DNA of 64,000 nucleotides. It comes from an uncultured delta proteobacterium (GTDB lineage: Bacteria; Desulfobacterota; Desulfuromonadia; Desulfuromonadales; JACZKF01). The stretch's first letter is position 1; every line of letters begins with the position of its first letter. The stretch lies in contig CAWFKQ010000014.1 in the NCBI GenBank assembly GCA_963816395.1, positions 1 through 64,000 of the forward strand, written 5' to 3'. Under the pieces are notes generated by a model. That model did no database searches and had not been told where the DNA came from. It saw only the letters and a program-made list of their open reading frames with translations. Shown one piece after another: positions 31,570-42,526 of this stretch. Both the position numbers and the translations under genes were made by a program.

Positions 31570-34500
31570 ATGTTCGCCCCTCTTCACGTAAAGAGCGACT
31601 ACTCCCTCGGCTACGGCACCGCTTCGGTCGAAGAGCTGGTGGAAAAGGCGACGGCGTTCGGCTATTCGGCGCTCGCCCTCACCGATCTGGAGAATCTCTA
31701 CGGGCAGGTGCGCTTTCATCACGCGTGCAACCAACGCGGCATCCGGGCGCTGACCGGCGTTGAGCTGCGCCCCGGTTTTGACAGCCGTCGGGAGGTGGGA
31801 CGCCGCGCCGGCCGGATCGTCCTCCTCGCCGCCGATGCGGCGGGCTATCGCAGCCTCTGCCGGATCGTCAGCCGTCGGCGCGGCGCCGCCGGGGCGCGGT
31901 CGGCGGAGGGCGCCCTCGGCCGTGACCCGCTGCCGCTGGTGGTGCAACATGCAGAGGGGCTGTTCGCTCTGAGCGATGACCCGGCCGTAGCGGAGCGGCT
32001 GCTCGCCAGGGGCGGTTTCCCCCGTGAGCGGCTGGGAATTCTCCTGGTCCGCCCGACCGAGCCGGCCGCCGACGCGGCGCGGCGGGAGGCCGCCGGTCGC
32101 CTGGCGGTGCCCCTGGTGGCTGATCTCGACGCGGTCTTTCTGGAGGCGGCCGACCAGCCCCTGCATGCGCTGCTGCTGGCGATCCGGCAGGGCCGGCGGC
32201 TGAGCGGAGTGTCCGCCGATGATCTGGAGAGCCGGGCGCGCCGCCTGCGCCCGCCTGCCGAAGCGGGACTTCTGTTTGCCGATCAGCCCGGTGCAATGGC
32301 CGCGGCGACCGCCATTGCCGAGGCCTGCCGGTTGACTCTTGGCAAGGAGGAGAGCTCCCCCGCCGGCGATTTCCCCGACAGCGATAATGCCCCGGAGCGG
32401 CTGCGGCGGATCTGTGAGGAGGCTCTTAGCGAAAACTTTCCCGGGGGAAAAGGCTGGAGCGAGGGCCACGCGCGTCGCCTGGGGGAGGAATTGGCCGCTT
32501 TCATGCGCCTGGGATTTTCCGGCCTCCTGCTGGTGGTTGCCGAGATCCTCGGCCATTGCCGTCACCAGGGGATCCCGGTGGTGGCTCGGGGTTCGGCGGT
32601 GAGTTCCCTCACCCTGCACCTGCTCGGCGGCTCGCCGGTCGACCCTATCGAACAAGGACTGCTGTTCGAACGGTTTCTGCACCCGGGGAAATCCGCCTGG
32701 CCCGATATCGACCTCGACCTGCCTTGGCACCGTCGCGACGAGGTCATCGACTGGGTCTACCGACGCTTCGGCCGGGAGCGGGTGGCGATGGTGGCGGCAC
32801 ATCATACCTTCCGGCACCGCTCGGCCCTGCGCGAAGGGCTGAAGGCCTGGGGCGCCCGCCCGGCAATGATCGAAACGCTGGTCGGCGCCCTGCCGCCCGA
32901 GGATCTGCCCGTCGCGGAAGTGGATTTTCTCGGGCTGGCAGAAGCGGCTGGGGAAGAGCTGGCGGACCGCCTCGAGGCAGAGGAAGCGACGACCGGCCTG
33001 GGCGTCATCCTGCCGCTCATCCGGCGTCTGGTCGGCCGGCCGCGGCACATCGCCGCCCATCCCGGGGGGATCGTGGTCGGCCAGCGCCCCCTGGAGGATT
33101 GCCTGCCGCTGGAACGGGCGCCGAAAGGCGTGGTGATCACCCAGTACGACCTGGTGGCGGTGGGGCGGCTCGGCCTGGTGAAGATCGACCTTCTCGGCAA
33201 CCGCTGCCTGAGCGAGCTGGAAGAAACCTTCGCGCTTGCCGGCCGCCCGCCGCCGCTACGGCTCGAAGCGATCACCGCTGGGGATCCACCGACGCTGGCC
33301 CTGATCGACCGGGCGGAGACGCTCGGCTGCTTCCAGTTGGAGAGCCCGGCCATGCGCTCCCTGCTCGCCCGCCTGCCGATCCGGCGGCAGAGCGACCTGG
33401 TCGCCGCCCTCGCCCTGATCCGCCCCGGGGCCGCCGCCGGGGCGGCGAAGACCGCCTTTATCCGCCGTGCCCGTGGCGAGGAGGCGGCAAAGATCCCCTT
33501 CCCCTGCCTGGCCGACCGCCTGACGGAAACCCACGGCCTGCTCCTCTATGAGGAGGATATCATGCTGCTGCTGAGCCGTACCGGCGGCATCAGCCTGGGC
33601 GAGGCGGATGAACTGCGGGCGGCCATCGTCGACAGCGGCGGCGATCCGGCGGCCCTGGCGGCGCTGGAAGCCGGGTTCCTGCGGACGGCAAGGCGCCGGG
33701 GCGCCGGCGGGACGGACGGCGCCCGACTCGCCTGGAACGCCGCCGCCCATTTCGCCGCTTATTCCTTCAATAAGGCGCATGCCGCCAGCTTCGGCCGCCT
33801 CGCCTACCTTTCGGCCTACAGCAAAGCGCACCATCCCCTCGAATTCGCCTGCGCCCTGCTCAACCACCACCAGGGCTTTTACCCGCTGCGCACCCTGGCG
33901 GCAGAATTCGTCCGCCGGGGACTCGAACTGCGCGCGCCGCAGGTCAATGCCTCCGCCTACCACTCGCAGATAGAAGAGCGTACCACCCAGGGTTCCGGCG
34001 CTCTCCGGGTGGGGCTGGACAGGATCAAGACGCTTTCCCTGCGCGCCGCCGGCGACCTGCTGGAGACGCGCGCGGCGCATGGTCCCTTCGTCAGCCTGCG
34101 GCAGCTGCTGGAGCGGGTGCGTCTCAGCCGGCGGGAGATAGCCGCCCTGCTGCTGGCCGGCGCCTGCGACGGCCTGCCGCCCCTTGCCGCCGCCGACTAC
34201 CCGTTTGCCCACGAAGCCGCCCTGGAGCTGCTCCGACAAGGGGGAAAAGCGGCGGACTTAGAACATCTGCGGGTTCCCCGGCCGGCGGCGGAAGAGGCGG
34301 AACGCACCCGGCTCTACCAGGCGCTGGTGCGGGTGAGAAATGAACTGCGCCTCCTGGAAATGCATCTTTTCGCCCATCCTCTGGCTCTCCTGCGGCCGGA
34401 GGCGGACCGGGCAGGCTGCCTGCAGATTGCGGCAGCGGCGGGGCGCCCAACGGGAAGCCGCCTGCGCCTTGCCGTCCTGATCGACGCCATGCGGCGGGTA

Positions 34501-34722
34501 GCCACCGGTCAGGGGCCTCTTCAGTTCCTGACCCTTGAGGATGAAACCGGCCTGCTGGAAGCGGTCCTGCTGCCGCCGACCTACCGGCGCCTCGGCGAGA
34601 GGGTGGTCACCCCCGGTCCGTTCCTCGTCGAAGGAAAGCTGCAGCGGCAACAGGGAGCCATGCACCTGGAAGTGACCGCCATCGCGCCCTTTCACGAGAG
34701 GCCTGAAAAGACAGTGAGGTAG
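31570..34722 (+). CDS. dnaE2: DnaE-family DNA polymerase alpha subunit, error-prone DnaE2-like
   Basis: PHP start LHVKSDYS, RGSAVSS, LLFERFL, catalytic PDIDLD and KIDLLG, FNKAHA, FLTLEDETG; about 1050 aa without the C-terminal tau-binding extension. Confidence 0.85.
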   Translation: MFAPLHVKSDYSLGYGTASVEELVEKATAFGYSALALTDLENLYGQVRFHHACNQRGIRALTGVELRPGFDSRREVGRRAGRIVLLAADAAGYRSLCRIVSRRRGAAGARSAEGALGRDPLPLVVQHAEGLFALSDDPAVAERLLARGGFPRERLGILLVRPTEPAADAARREAAGRLAVPLVADLDAVFLEAADQPLHALLLAIRQGRRLSGVSADDLESRARRLRPPAEAGLLFADQPGAMAAATAIAEACRLTLGKEESSPAGDFPDSDNAPERLRRICEEALSENFPGGKGWSEGHARRLGEELAAFMRLGFSGLLLVVAEILGHCRHQGIPVVARGSAVSSLTLHLLGGSPVDPIEQGLLFERFLHPGKSAWPDIDLDLPWHRRDEVIDWVYRRFGRERVAMVAAHHTFRHRSALREGLKAWGARPAMIETLVGALPPEDLPVAEVDFLGLAEAAGEELADRLEAEEATTGLGVILPLIRRLVGRPRHIAAHPGGIVVGQRPLEDCLPLERAPKGVVITQYDLVAVGRLGLVKIDLLGNRCLSELEETFALAGRPPPLRLEAITAGDPPTLALIDRAETLGCFQLESPAMRSLLARLPIRRQSDLVAALALIRPGAAAGAAKTAFIRRARGEEAAKIPFPCLADRLTETHGLLLYEEDIMLLLSRTGGISLGEADELRAAIVDSGGDPAALAALEAGFLRTARRRGAGGTDGARLAWNAAAHFAAYSFNKAHAASFGRLAYLSAYSKAHHPLEFACALLNHHQGFYPLRTLAAEFVRRGLELRAPQVNASAYHSQIEERTTQGSGALRVGLDRIKTLSLRAAGDLLETRAAHGPFVSLRQLLERVRLSRREIAALLLAGACDGLPPLAAADYPFAHEAALELLRQGGKAADLEHLRVPRPAAEEAERTRLYQALVRVRNELRLLEMHLFAHPLALLRPEADRAGCLQIAAAAGRPTGSRLRLAVLIDAMRRVATGQGPLQFLTLEDETGLLEAVLLPPTYRRLGERVVTPGPFLVEGKLQRQQGAMHLEVTAIAPFHERPEKTVR

Positions 34723-34768
34723 TGAGGGATTTTACTATCTCACTACCTCACTACTGACTATCTCACTG
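34711..34768. repeat. Inverted repeat with CTCACTA-type short repeats between converging dnaE2 and udgX (possible bidirectional terminator)
   Basis: AGTGAGGTAGTGAG ... CTCACTACCTCACT, plus further CTATCTCACT copies. Confidence 0.55.
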
Positions 34769-35401
34769 TCTTTCCAGCATTTCCCCCACCGCCCGCAGGT
34801 CCTCGACGAAGCCGTCCATGGCGACATGCCGCTGCTCGTCGGTCTGCATGCGCAGGATCGCCGAGGGGTGGATCGTCACCGTAGCGCAGGGCGCCCGGTC
34901 GGTCGGCAGGAGGCGGCCATGGTCCCGGGTCACCCGCACCTGCCTGCCGAGCAGGGCCTGGGCGGCGGTGGCGCCCATGGCCACCAGGACGCGGGGACGG
35001 ATCAGCTCGATTTCCGCGTCGAGCCACGGCAGGCAGGCGCCGATCTCCCGGGCGTTCGGCTTCTGGTGCAGCCGCCGCGCTCCCCTGGCGATCCATTTGA
35101 AGTGCTTGACCACGTTGGTGACGTAGGCCTCCGCCCGTTCGATGCCGGCCAACTCCAGGGCCCGGTCGAGCACCCGCCCGGCCGGCCCGACGAAGGGCAG
35201 CCCCTGGCGGTCCTCGACGTCCCCCGGCTGCTCGCCGACCAGGATCAGGCGGGAGGTGGGCAGCCCCTCGCCGAAGACGGTCTGGGTGCCCCGCGTCCAA
35301 AGGGGACAGGCCCGGCAGCCGGCGGCAGCCGCCTTCAGCTCCGGAAGCGTGCAGGGGTGAGGGATCAGAGGGGCCGCCGTCCCTGATTCTTGCCCTTTCA
35401 T
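34763..35401 (-). CDS. udgX: UdgX family uracil-DNA binding/crosslinking protein
   Basis: CRAC Fe-S motif, GEQPG, KHFKW, R-loop GARRLH with the conserved His, HPSAILR. Confidence 0.9.
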   Translation of the reverse strand: MKGQESGTAAPLIPHPCTLPELKAAAAGCRACPLWTRGTQTVFGEGLPTSRLILVGEQPGDVEDRQGLPFVGPAGRVLDRALELAGIERAEAYVTNVVKHFKWIARGARRLHQKPNAREIGACLPWLDAEIELIRPRVLVAMGATAAQALLGRQVRVTRDHGRLLPTDRAPCATVTIHPSAILRMQTDEQRHVAMDGFVEDLRAVGEMLERQ

Positions 35402-35465
35402 TCATCGCTCCGGGTGGTAGGTTTACCCATCGCTCCCTCCCTGCCAATCCGCAGATTTGAGCGTC

Positions 35466-35987
35466 CTACCGCGCGGCGCGCTCCACGGCCCGGTGCACCA
35501 ACTCCGCCGCCGCCGTCCAGGCGATGTGATTGCCCATCTCCTTGGCGCTCGGCTGCCAGGGGATGCGCCGCAGGCTGGGTGAGACGCCAAGGAGCGGCGC
35601 CAGCGTGCCGTCACAGGCGAAAAAGAAGGGGATGGCAAAGGGCAGGCCGGCCAGGCGCGAGAGCCGGGGAAATTTCTTCCGCAAACCGGCGTAGATGAGA
35701 CCCCAGCCGAGGCCATAGACCACGCCGAAAGCCGCCCGAGCCCGCTTCTTCCCTTTCTCGCTGAGTCGTTCTGCCGGAGATCTTGCGGGCGAAATAGGGC
35801 CCGGCCATCTCGTGCGCCGAGTGCCTCGCGCACCCGGTCGGTCGCGCCGCTTCTGCCTGGGACTGACGAACCGGTCGAGAACCTTATCCGTCTGCCCGGT
35901 TACGGCACCGGCAATCAGACCGGCCGCCGCGCCGGTCAGATATGGATGCGCTTTGAGGGCTGCTGTCGAGGATTCTGTGAGCCTCAT
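35466..35987 (-). CDS. DUF1440-like membrane protein
   Basis: 173-aa ORF with hydrophobic segments, GGAG RBS and an upstream promoter. Confidence 0.6.
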   Translation of the reverse strand: MRLTESSTAALKAHPYLTGAAAGLIAGAVTGQTDKVLDRFVSPRQKRRDRPGARGTRRTRWPGPISPARSPAERLSEKGKKRARAAFGVVYGLGWGLIYAGLRKKFPRLSRLAGLPFAIPFFFACDGTLAPLLGVSPSLRRIPWQPSAKEMGNHIAWTAAAELVHRAVERAAR

Positions 35988-36042
35988 GATTCATCTCCCT
36001 GGAATGGTTGCCTGGTGAGGGAATCCGGTCAATCCTGCATCC

Positions 36043-36070
36043 ACTGTAAATAAGCACCATCCATTGTCAA
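36043..36070 (-). promoter_or_regulatory. Sigma-70 promoter
   Basis: TTGACA-16 bp-TACAGT on the minus strand. Confidence 0.5.
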
Positions 36071-36280
36071 GATGGCTCTCCAGGAACTGCGGCAGCCACG
36101 CCCCCGAGCCGAATCGCACTCCCGCCACCAGCCACCTCGCCGGCAGAAAGGACTGGAATAGATTGCGGCGCCGCCCCGGGATATCGCTCACACTTCAGCA
36201 AAGCGAACAGTCCGGCCGATTTTCGGTTGTTTTTGGGTGAATTGTGTTGCGGATTCGGGGCCGTTTTCGCGGCCGGGAGG

Positions 36281-36932
36281 TCAGGTCAGGCGGCCGTCTA
36301 GCATCTGCAGCTGCTGACTGCCCAGGCGGGTCGCCTGGCCGGGGTCATGGGTGGCGATCACCACCAGGGTCCCCTGCTGCGGCAAAGAGGCGATCAACTG
36401 CTCGAAAGCGGCGATGTGGGGGCGGTCGATATTCGCCGTCGGCTCATCGAGCAGCAGCACCTGCGGCTCGATCGCCAGGGCCCGGGCCACCGCCACCCGC
36501 TGCGCCTCGCCGCCGGAGAGTTCCCGCGCCAGGCGGTGTTCGAATCCGGTCAAGCCCACCGCCGCCAAGGCTTTCTCCACCCGGCGGTGCTGCTCGCGGC
36601 CGCGGATCCCCCGGACCTTCAGGCCGAAGGCGACGTTCTGGTAGACGGAGCCGTCGAACAGGAAAGGGGACTGGTGCACCAGGGTAACGGAAGCCCGCTG
36701 CCGGGCCAGTGATCGACCATTCCAGATAACCGGCGCGCCGGTGAAGACGATCTTCCCCCGGGTCGGCGGAGTGAGCAGGGCCAGGATATGCAGCAGGGTG
36801 CTCTTGCCCGCGCCGTTCGGCCCGGACAGGGTATAGATGCCCCCGGGATGCAGTTCAAGGTGTGCCACCTGCAGGACCGGCTTGCCGTTGTAGCGCTTTT
36901 CTATATCCTCGCAGGAGGTACAGGGGGGGCAT
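36281..36932 (-). CDS. tupC: Tungstate ABC transporter ATPase, frameshift near 36910
   Basis: GPNGAGKST, LSGGEAQR, LLDEPT; ATG 36932 needs one indel to join the main frame. Confidence 0.85.
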
Positions 36933-36934
36933 GC

Positions 36935-37621
36935 TCACCTTTGCTGCAGCAGATTGAGAAAGAGATTGATGACGAGGGCCACCGTCAGCAGGAGAATGCC
37001 AAGGGCCAAGCCGAAGGCGAATTCCCCCTTGCTCGTTTCCAGGGCGATCGCCGTGGTCATGGTCCGCGTGTAGCCGCGGATGTTGCCGCCGAGCATCATC
37101 GCCGCCCCGACTTCGGCGATGATCCGGCCGAAACCGGCGATCATCGCCGCCATCACCCCGAAGCGCACCTCCCGCAGCAGCTGTATTCCCCCCTGGAGAC
37201 GGCCCGCCCCCAAGGTCATGGCCGTGGGGAGAATCCGGGCGTCAGCGCCGGTTACCGCGGCGAGAGTATAGTTGGCAATGATGGGGGTGCACAGGACGAT
37301 CTGGCCGACAATCATGGCGGCGGGAGTGAAGATGAGTTCGAATTGCCCCAAGGGCCCCTCCCGGGTGAGAAAGCCATAAATGACCAGCCCCACCACCACC
37401 GTCGGCAGCGCCATCAGGGTATTGAGCAGCGTGATGCAGAGGCGCCGCCCCGGAAAACGTCCTACCGCGATGAGTAAACCGATTGGTACCCCCAAAGCGG
37501 CGCCCAGGACGATTGCCTGTCCGGAGACCGACAACGAGGTCCAGACGGCCTGAAAAACCTCCCTGTCGCGATGCAGGATCAGCAACAGGGAGGTATGCAG
37601 CGATTCGAACAGAAATCCCAC
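36935..37621 (-). CDS. tupB: Tungstate ABC transporter permease
   Basis: LPTVVVGL, FGRIIAEVGAAMMLGGNIRGYTRTMTTAIALETSKG. Confidence 0.93.
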   Translation of the reverse strand: MGFLFESLHTSLLLILHRDREVFQAVWTSLSVSGQAIVLGAALGVPIGLLIAVGRFPGRRLCITLLNTLMALPTVVVGLVIYGFLTREGPLGQFELIFTPAAMIVGQIVLCTPIIANYTLAAVTGADARILPTAMTLGAGRLQGGIQLLREVRFGVMAAMIAGFGRIIAEVGAAMMLGGNIRGYTRTMTTAIALETSKGEFAFGLALGILLLTVALVINLFLNLLQQR

Positions 37622-37632
37622 GGTGAATTTCC

Positions 37633-37659
37633 ATAGGGGCGGGTTTCAGACCCGCCCCT
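37633..37659. repeat. REP-like palindrome
   Basis: TAGGGGCGGGTTTCAGACCCGCCCCT hairpin between tupA and tupB. Confidence 0.6.
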
Positions 37660-37664
37660 GGATG

Positions 37665-38476
37665 CTATTTGCCATAGATGAAGAAAAGCTGCTGGCCGTT
37701 CTTCTTGTAATCAGCGATGACCTTCTGTCCCTCCGCCGGATTGGTGAGATAACTGATGAAGGCCATGGCCAGATCATACTTCACCTGCGGATAGCGCACC
37801 GGATTGACGGCAATCACCCCGTAAGGGTTGAACAGCCGCTCGTCCCCCTGCACCAGAACCTTCAGGTTGGTCTTTCCCTGGTAGGCGATATAGGTGCCGC
37901 GGTCCGCGAGGGTGTAGCCCTGCATCTCGGTGGCCATGTTGATCACCGCCCCCATCCCCTGGCCGGCGGAAATATACCAGGTCCCTTCGGGGCTTATCCC
38001 CGCCGCCTGCCACAGGGCTTTCTCCTTCTGGTGCGTCCCCGACTCGTCGCCGCGCGAGACGAAGCGGATCCTTGGCGGCAGCGATCTTCTTCAGGGCGTC
38101 GGCGGCATCGGGGATCGCCGGCGATCTGGGCCGGGTCGCTGGCCGGGCCGAGAATGACGAAGTCGTTGTACATGACGTCGCGGCGGTTGACGCCCCACCC
38201 CTCGGCGACGAACTTGTCCTCCAGCTTGCGGGCGTGCACCAGGACGACGTCGACATTCCCCTGTTCGGCGATCTTGATCGCCTTGCCGGTGCCCACGGCG
38301 ATGACATCGACCTGGCAGTCATGGGCCTTTTCGAAGGGGGGAAGCAGCACTTTCAGCAGCCCCGAGTTGTCGGTGGAGGTGGTGGTGGCGAGCTTGAGCC
38401 GCTCGGCGGCCCAGGCGCCCTGGCATAGCATGATGGAAACGAGGAAAAGGGTCAATAGGATGTGCAGTTTTTTCAT
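37665..38476 (-). CDS. tupA: Tungstate-binding protein, frameshifts near 38060-38115
   Basis: LATTTSTDNSGLL, GTGKA, DVVLVHA, MYNDF, SRGDESGTH, YTLADRGTY, FNPYGVIAVNP spread over three frames. Confidence 0.9.
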
Positions 38477-38581
38477 CAATACCTCCTCATGCTCGAGTTT
38501 TACCAGCTTTTTAGTTTATCCCGTTGCCGGGACCAGCTGCGGCAGGGACGCTGTTCCTGCTGCAGCCTCTCACCCTTTCGG

Positions 38582-38617
38582 AAAAAACCCCCTGGGACCA
38601 CGAGGGTACCCAGGGGG
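38582..38617 (-). terminator. Intrinsic terminator after the outer membrane protein gene
   Basis: CCCCCTGGG..CCCAGGGGG stem followed by TTTTTT on the minus strand. Confidence 0.75.
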
Positions 38618-38630
38618 CAGGAGGCCGTAA

Positions 38631-40002
38631 TTAAAAGGTGTAGCGGACCCGGGCGGTGCTGCGGTAGATGTTGCCCGCATCGTTATTCTCTGCGAAGTAG
38701 TCCATCCCCTTGTCGGAGAAGAGATAGCCGAAGTTAACGGCCACTTCGAGATTGGGATAAAGCTTGTGACTGATGTAGGCGTCGAGCTCGGTGCCGAGCT
38801 TATCTTCGCCGTTGGGCAGATCTTCGGCGGTCATCATGTAGAGAACGGCGCCGCCCAGTTTGGTTTTTTCCGTCGCCTTGTAGTCCAGGGCAACCTTGTT
38901 GAAGATCATCCCCTTGTCGAGGATGTAGTAAGACTCGGTGAAGTAGTTGTCGTTAGTGTAGCCGCCTTCCATGAGGACGATGCTGGCGGTCTCGTCGACG
39001 TCAGTGGCCATGAAGTTGTGGATGTCGCCGTCCGTGGGATCGTCGTCGCCCGAGGCGTACCAGCCGGTGTAGGTGAAGCGGGCCTTGCCGAGGTCAAGAC
39101 CGAGATCGGCGTGGAGGAAGTAGGCGCTGACGTCCTGGTCCTGCACGGCGAAGCCGTAGAGGTTGTTGCCCCCATCGTCAACCTTGCCGCCCTGATACAT
39201 CAGATCCCAGTTCAAAAAAGCATTGCCGAATCCGGTCGTGAGCGGTGAAGGAGCCGTCGGTGCCGAGGGTGTAGATATTGTACTTGTCGGCACCGAACCG
39301 CTTGATCTCGTAGCTGGTGCCGGGATCGCCGTTGCCGAAGGCGTCGTTGCGCTGGTAGAGAACAAAGGCGCCGGCCTTGACCCCGGCCATCGGCTTGAGG
39401 TCGCCGCGCAGCAGGAAGGCATCCTGGTCCTGGAAGGCGTCGTCATTGGTGTCGTTGGCGAAGAATTCCTTGCCGCGCACCCAGGCCGCCTTGTAGCCAA
39501 CGCCACCGGCTTGGCCGGCAAGCTGAACGCCCATGGCGGTTTCGACCCAGAGATAGTGATTGACCGAGAAGGGGAGCAGGCCGATCTGCACCCGGGCTTT
39601 CTGCTGCACGAAGGGAAGCTGGAAGTCGGTGTAGGCCCAGCGGGTCTCGATATTCACCCCGTCACCCGAGTAGGTGCCGCCAGGTTTGTCGGTCTGTCCG
39701 AAGCGCAGGCCGCCGAGTTCGATGGCATACACGCCCTTGACCTTGCCGTCATTCGTCGAGAGCTCGGTCCAGAGGCGGTACTTGACCTGGCCCCAGAATT
39801 CGCCGATGGAATCGTCCGCTATGGCAAATCCATTTTTCAACGGCTTGGCGACCGCCTCGGTCCCTTTGTACAGCGGAGCCTGGTTGGTGTAGAGATTGAA
39901 TTGATTGCTCAGATCACCGTGAATGCCAACCTCCAGGGCGAAGACCGGACCCGCTGCCCCCATGACCAACAGCGTCCCTAGAATATAAATCCACTTCTTC
40001 AT
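38631..40002 (-). CDS. Outer membrane beta-barrel (porin-like) protein, frameshift near 39240
   Basis: Signal peptide MKKWIYILG..VFA; alternating beta strands; C-terminal YRSTARVRYTF. Confidence 0.75.
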
Positions 40003-40516
40003 CGCTTTTACCTCCTTTTCGATTAAATTTAAATTGCTGCATGGGCGACAACCCACACTTATTCATTGTTGTTTCTGCACAAAAGGGCCAGTAATTCACC
40101 CCTCCAAGCCTCGGCAAGTAATTTTCACCTCCCTTCCCAAATCCTGCCCTTCTTCTGAATAAAATTTCCTTAAACCGGCAACTGATGCCTCCATATTCGC
40201 TCCAGAGACATGTTGAAGCCGGCAAAGAGCTCGAAACAGGCCTTCCGGAAGTCCGGTTCGGGGCGATTCCGGCAATCTCCCGCACCTGCGGCCGCAGGCT
40301 CGTGAAAGGGCTCGCGGAGCAGTTAACTTCCCAAAACAAACCAATAGTGACAGATTATTACAATTAACGAGCGAAAGTCCAGAAAAACTTAACCCTTCTG
40401 GCCAGGAAATCACCGGGGGTTTGGCACCGGGGTCACCTGGCTAGTGCAAGCCTGCATTTTTAAAGAATGGAGATGACGACTTTTTGGAAATTCGGGACTG
40501 GGATTGATGGCGGGGA

Positions 40517-41429
40517 TCAGCGGCCTTGGGGGTAGACCATCTTGCCGCTCAGGCTCAGGTCATACCCGGCGAGTTCTTCGGCGAGAGAGCGGAAGCCCTC
40601 GCCATGCAGCAGATCGAGGAACAGCTGGACGCCCTTGGCGAAGAAGCCGTTCTTGGGGATGAGCAGATCGAAGCGTTCCCATTTGAGGGGAAGAAAATCG
40701 AGGTCGAGGAGGGTGGCAACCGCGCGGATGCCGGGACCGGTGTCCGCCCGCCCGGAGAGCACCTCCAGACCGATCTCCAGGTGACTCTGGAACTCGCGGT
40801 CATATCCCTGGACATGGCGGCAGTCCACCCCTGCCTTTTTCAGTTCCCGGTCAAAGAGCAAACGGGTGCTCGCCTCCAGGGGGCGGTTGGCAACTCGCAG
40901 GTTGCTTGCCCCCGATATCGGCAACCCTCCGGATGCCCTGGGGATTTCCCTTCGGGAGCAGCAACCCCTGTTCGCGGCGGCAGAAATTGACCAGGGCCGG
41001 CAACTCCTCCAGTTCGCTGGCGGCAAAAGTGAAATTGTACTCCTCTTCATTTTCCTCGGCCAGGTGGCTGGTGGCGATGTGACAGAGCCCCTGGCGCAGA
41101 GCCTTCAGCCCTCCCAGGCTGCCCAGATTGCCGAACAGGGCAACGTGGGCCGGGTTCTGCTGCCGGAAAAGGGAGAGCCCCCGTTCCAGCAGCAGGTCAT
41201 TACTTCCGGCGATCAGCAGCAGATTGGGGATCTGCACGGCCGATTCCCTCGGTTGGGGGTAATTGATGGTCTTCGTCTCCACCCACTGCTCGACCAGATG
41301 CCTGGGGAAAAGCCACTTCCCGGTGATCCGGGTTGCCGGCAGACCCTTTTCGTTGATCAGGGTGTAAACCATCTTCTCGTTCACCCCGAGAAATTCGGCA
41401 ACCTCTTTGGTGGAGAGCAGGTTTTCCAT
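40517..41429 (-). CDS. taoR: TaoR-like regulator (excisionase-type HTH plus PBP domain), frameshift near 40915
   Basis: LLSTKEVAEFL..GLPATRITGKWLFP, AGSND, GSLGGL, REQGL, STRLLFD, WERFDL; located between aor and tup. Confidence 0.8.
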
Positions 41430-41567
41430 GGCATCCATCCGTCGGGCAGGAGAAACGGGTTCTTTACGGAGCGGCATCAGGACAGAACTATAAAGGAGAC
41501 GCCCTGGAAAATCCAGGTCTTGCTTGGATCCGGCACTGGGCCTGACCCGCCACGGAGGCTAAGGCGT

Positions 41568-41763
41568 TCATCGGGCCAGACAGATGATGGCTTCGGCCAG
41601 CCACCGGCGGTAGCGGCAGTTATAGCAGGAGAAGGCCTCGTCCGCGATCTGCTCTTCTTCAACGTCGGGGACGAAAGCGCGGCAGGTCTCGGCTTTCCGG
41701 GCTGCCGCCGCCCAGTCCTCCCGGCCCAGTTGAAGGTATCGTCATTTCCCGATCGCTTGCCAT
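41568..41763 (-). CDS. Small Cys-rich protein (not in ORF track), 5' end disrupted
   Basis: Reads ..EDWAAAARKAETCRAFVPDVEEEQIADEAFSCYNCRYRRWLAEAIIC..*; AAGGGGAG RBS before ATG 41763; length needs one indel. Confidence 0.55.
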
Positions 41764-41780
41764 ACGATAATGCTCCCCTT

Positions 41781-42526
41781 TCAATAATTCCGCAGCATCC
41801 GCCTGGGGCAGGTTCGCCAGCGGACACCGTTCTGCTGCTCCGCGGTGGGCTCCAGCAACAACACCGATCTGCCATCGAGCAGCACGGTCTTCACCTTTTC
41901 ATCCAGTTGGACCAGATCGCAGTCGTTCGGCGTTTCGCCGGTCAGGCTGCGGACCTCCTCCACCAGCGGATGGGCCGCACAGGTCATGGACGTGGACCAC
42001 GGCGCCGGCCGAACCCACCTGCAGCTTCCCCTTCAGCCGGCCGTCGTTCCCTCCCAGGCGCAGCCCCGCCCCCGCCAGCGCGCCGACCACCCCCTGGCCG
42101 CTGCCGCCGTGCTCCGAAAGATGCACCCCCAGCTCATCCCCGAGGAGATAGGCCGCTTCCTTGCTGAGAACCTGCTGCTTGGCGGCCTGACCGAAGGCGA
42201 TCAGCCGCTCCGCTTCGGTCAGCAGCGCCGGCGCGGCCACGCACAGCCCGGGATCGGAGCCGGGGGCGCTTTCCCGTCTCCAGGAAACGGGCGGCATGCT
42301 CGATGAAGCGCTCCGGCGGACAATTCTCCAGACAGGCGGCGAAGCACATGGCGCTGTTGTGGGAGGTGTAGGGAATATCGGGATGCACCAGCAGCTGGTG
42401 GCGGGTAACAAAGCTGCTGCGCCCCCACCCGTTCTGCTCGATCTGTGCCGCCAGCAGCGAGGCCAGCTCGCCCGTGCCGCGGCTCTCCAGATTGTCGGTA
42501 TCGTCGATGCTGACGAGAATGTTCAT
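41781..42526 (-). CDS. Hypothetical protein with TiaS N-terminal-like (DDTD) domain, several frameshifts
   Basis: VSIDDTDNLESRGTG, TRHQLLVHPDIPYTSHNSAMC, SDPGLCV, GQGVVGALAGAG. Confidence 0.7.

Noticed and set aside
31413..31570. LexA/SOS box upstream of dnaE2
   Set aside because: No match to the LexA motifs I know; an unfamiliar motif cannot be excluded
40422..40440. TGGCAC as a sigma-54 promoter (also near 13543)
   Set aside because: No GC at the -12 position with correct spacing
40517..41429. Excisionase-like HTH as evidence of a prophage
   Set aside because: It is fused to a PBP domain as in TaoR regulators; no integrase or phage genes nearby
41742..41744. In-frame TGA in the small Cys-rich ORF as selenocysteine
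   Set aside because: Not at a Cys-like position, no clear SECIS or in-frame start, and the region is indel-prone
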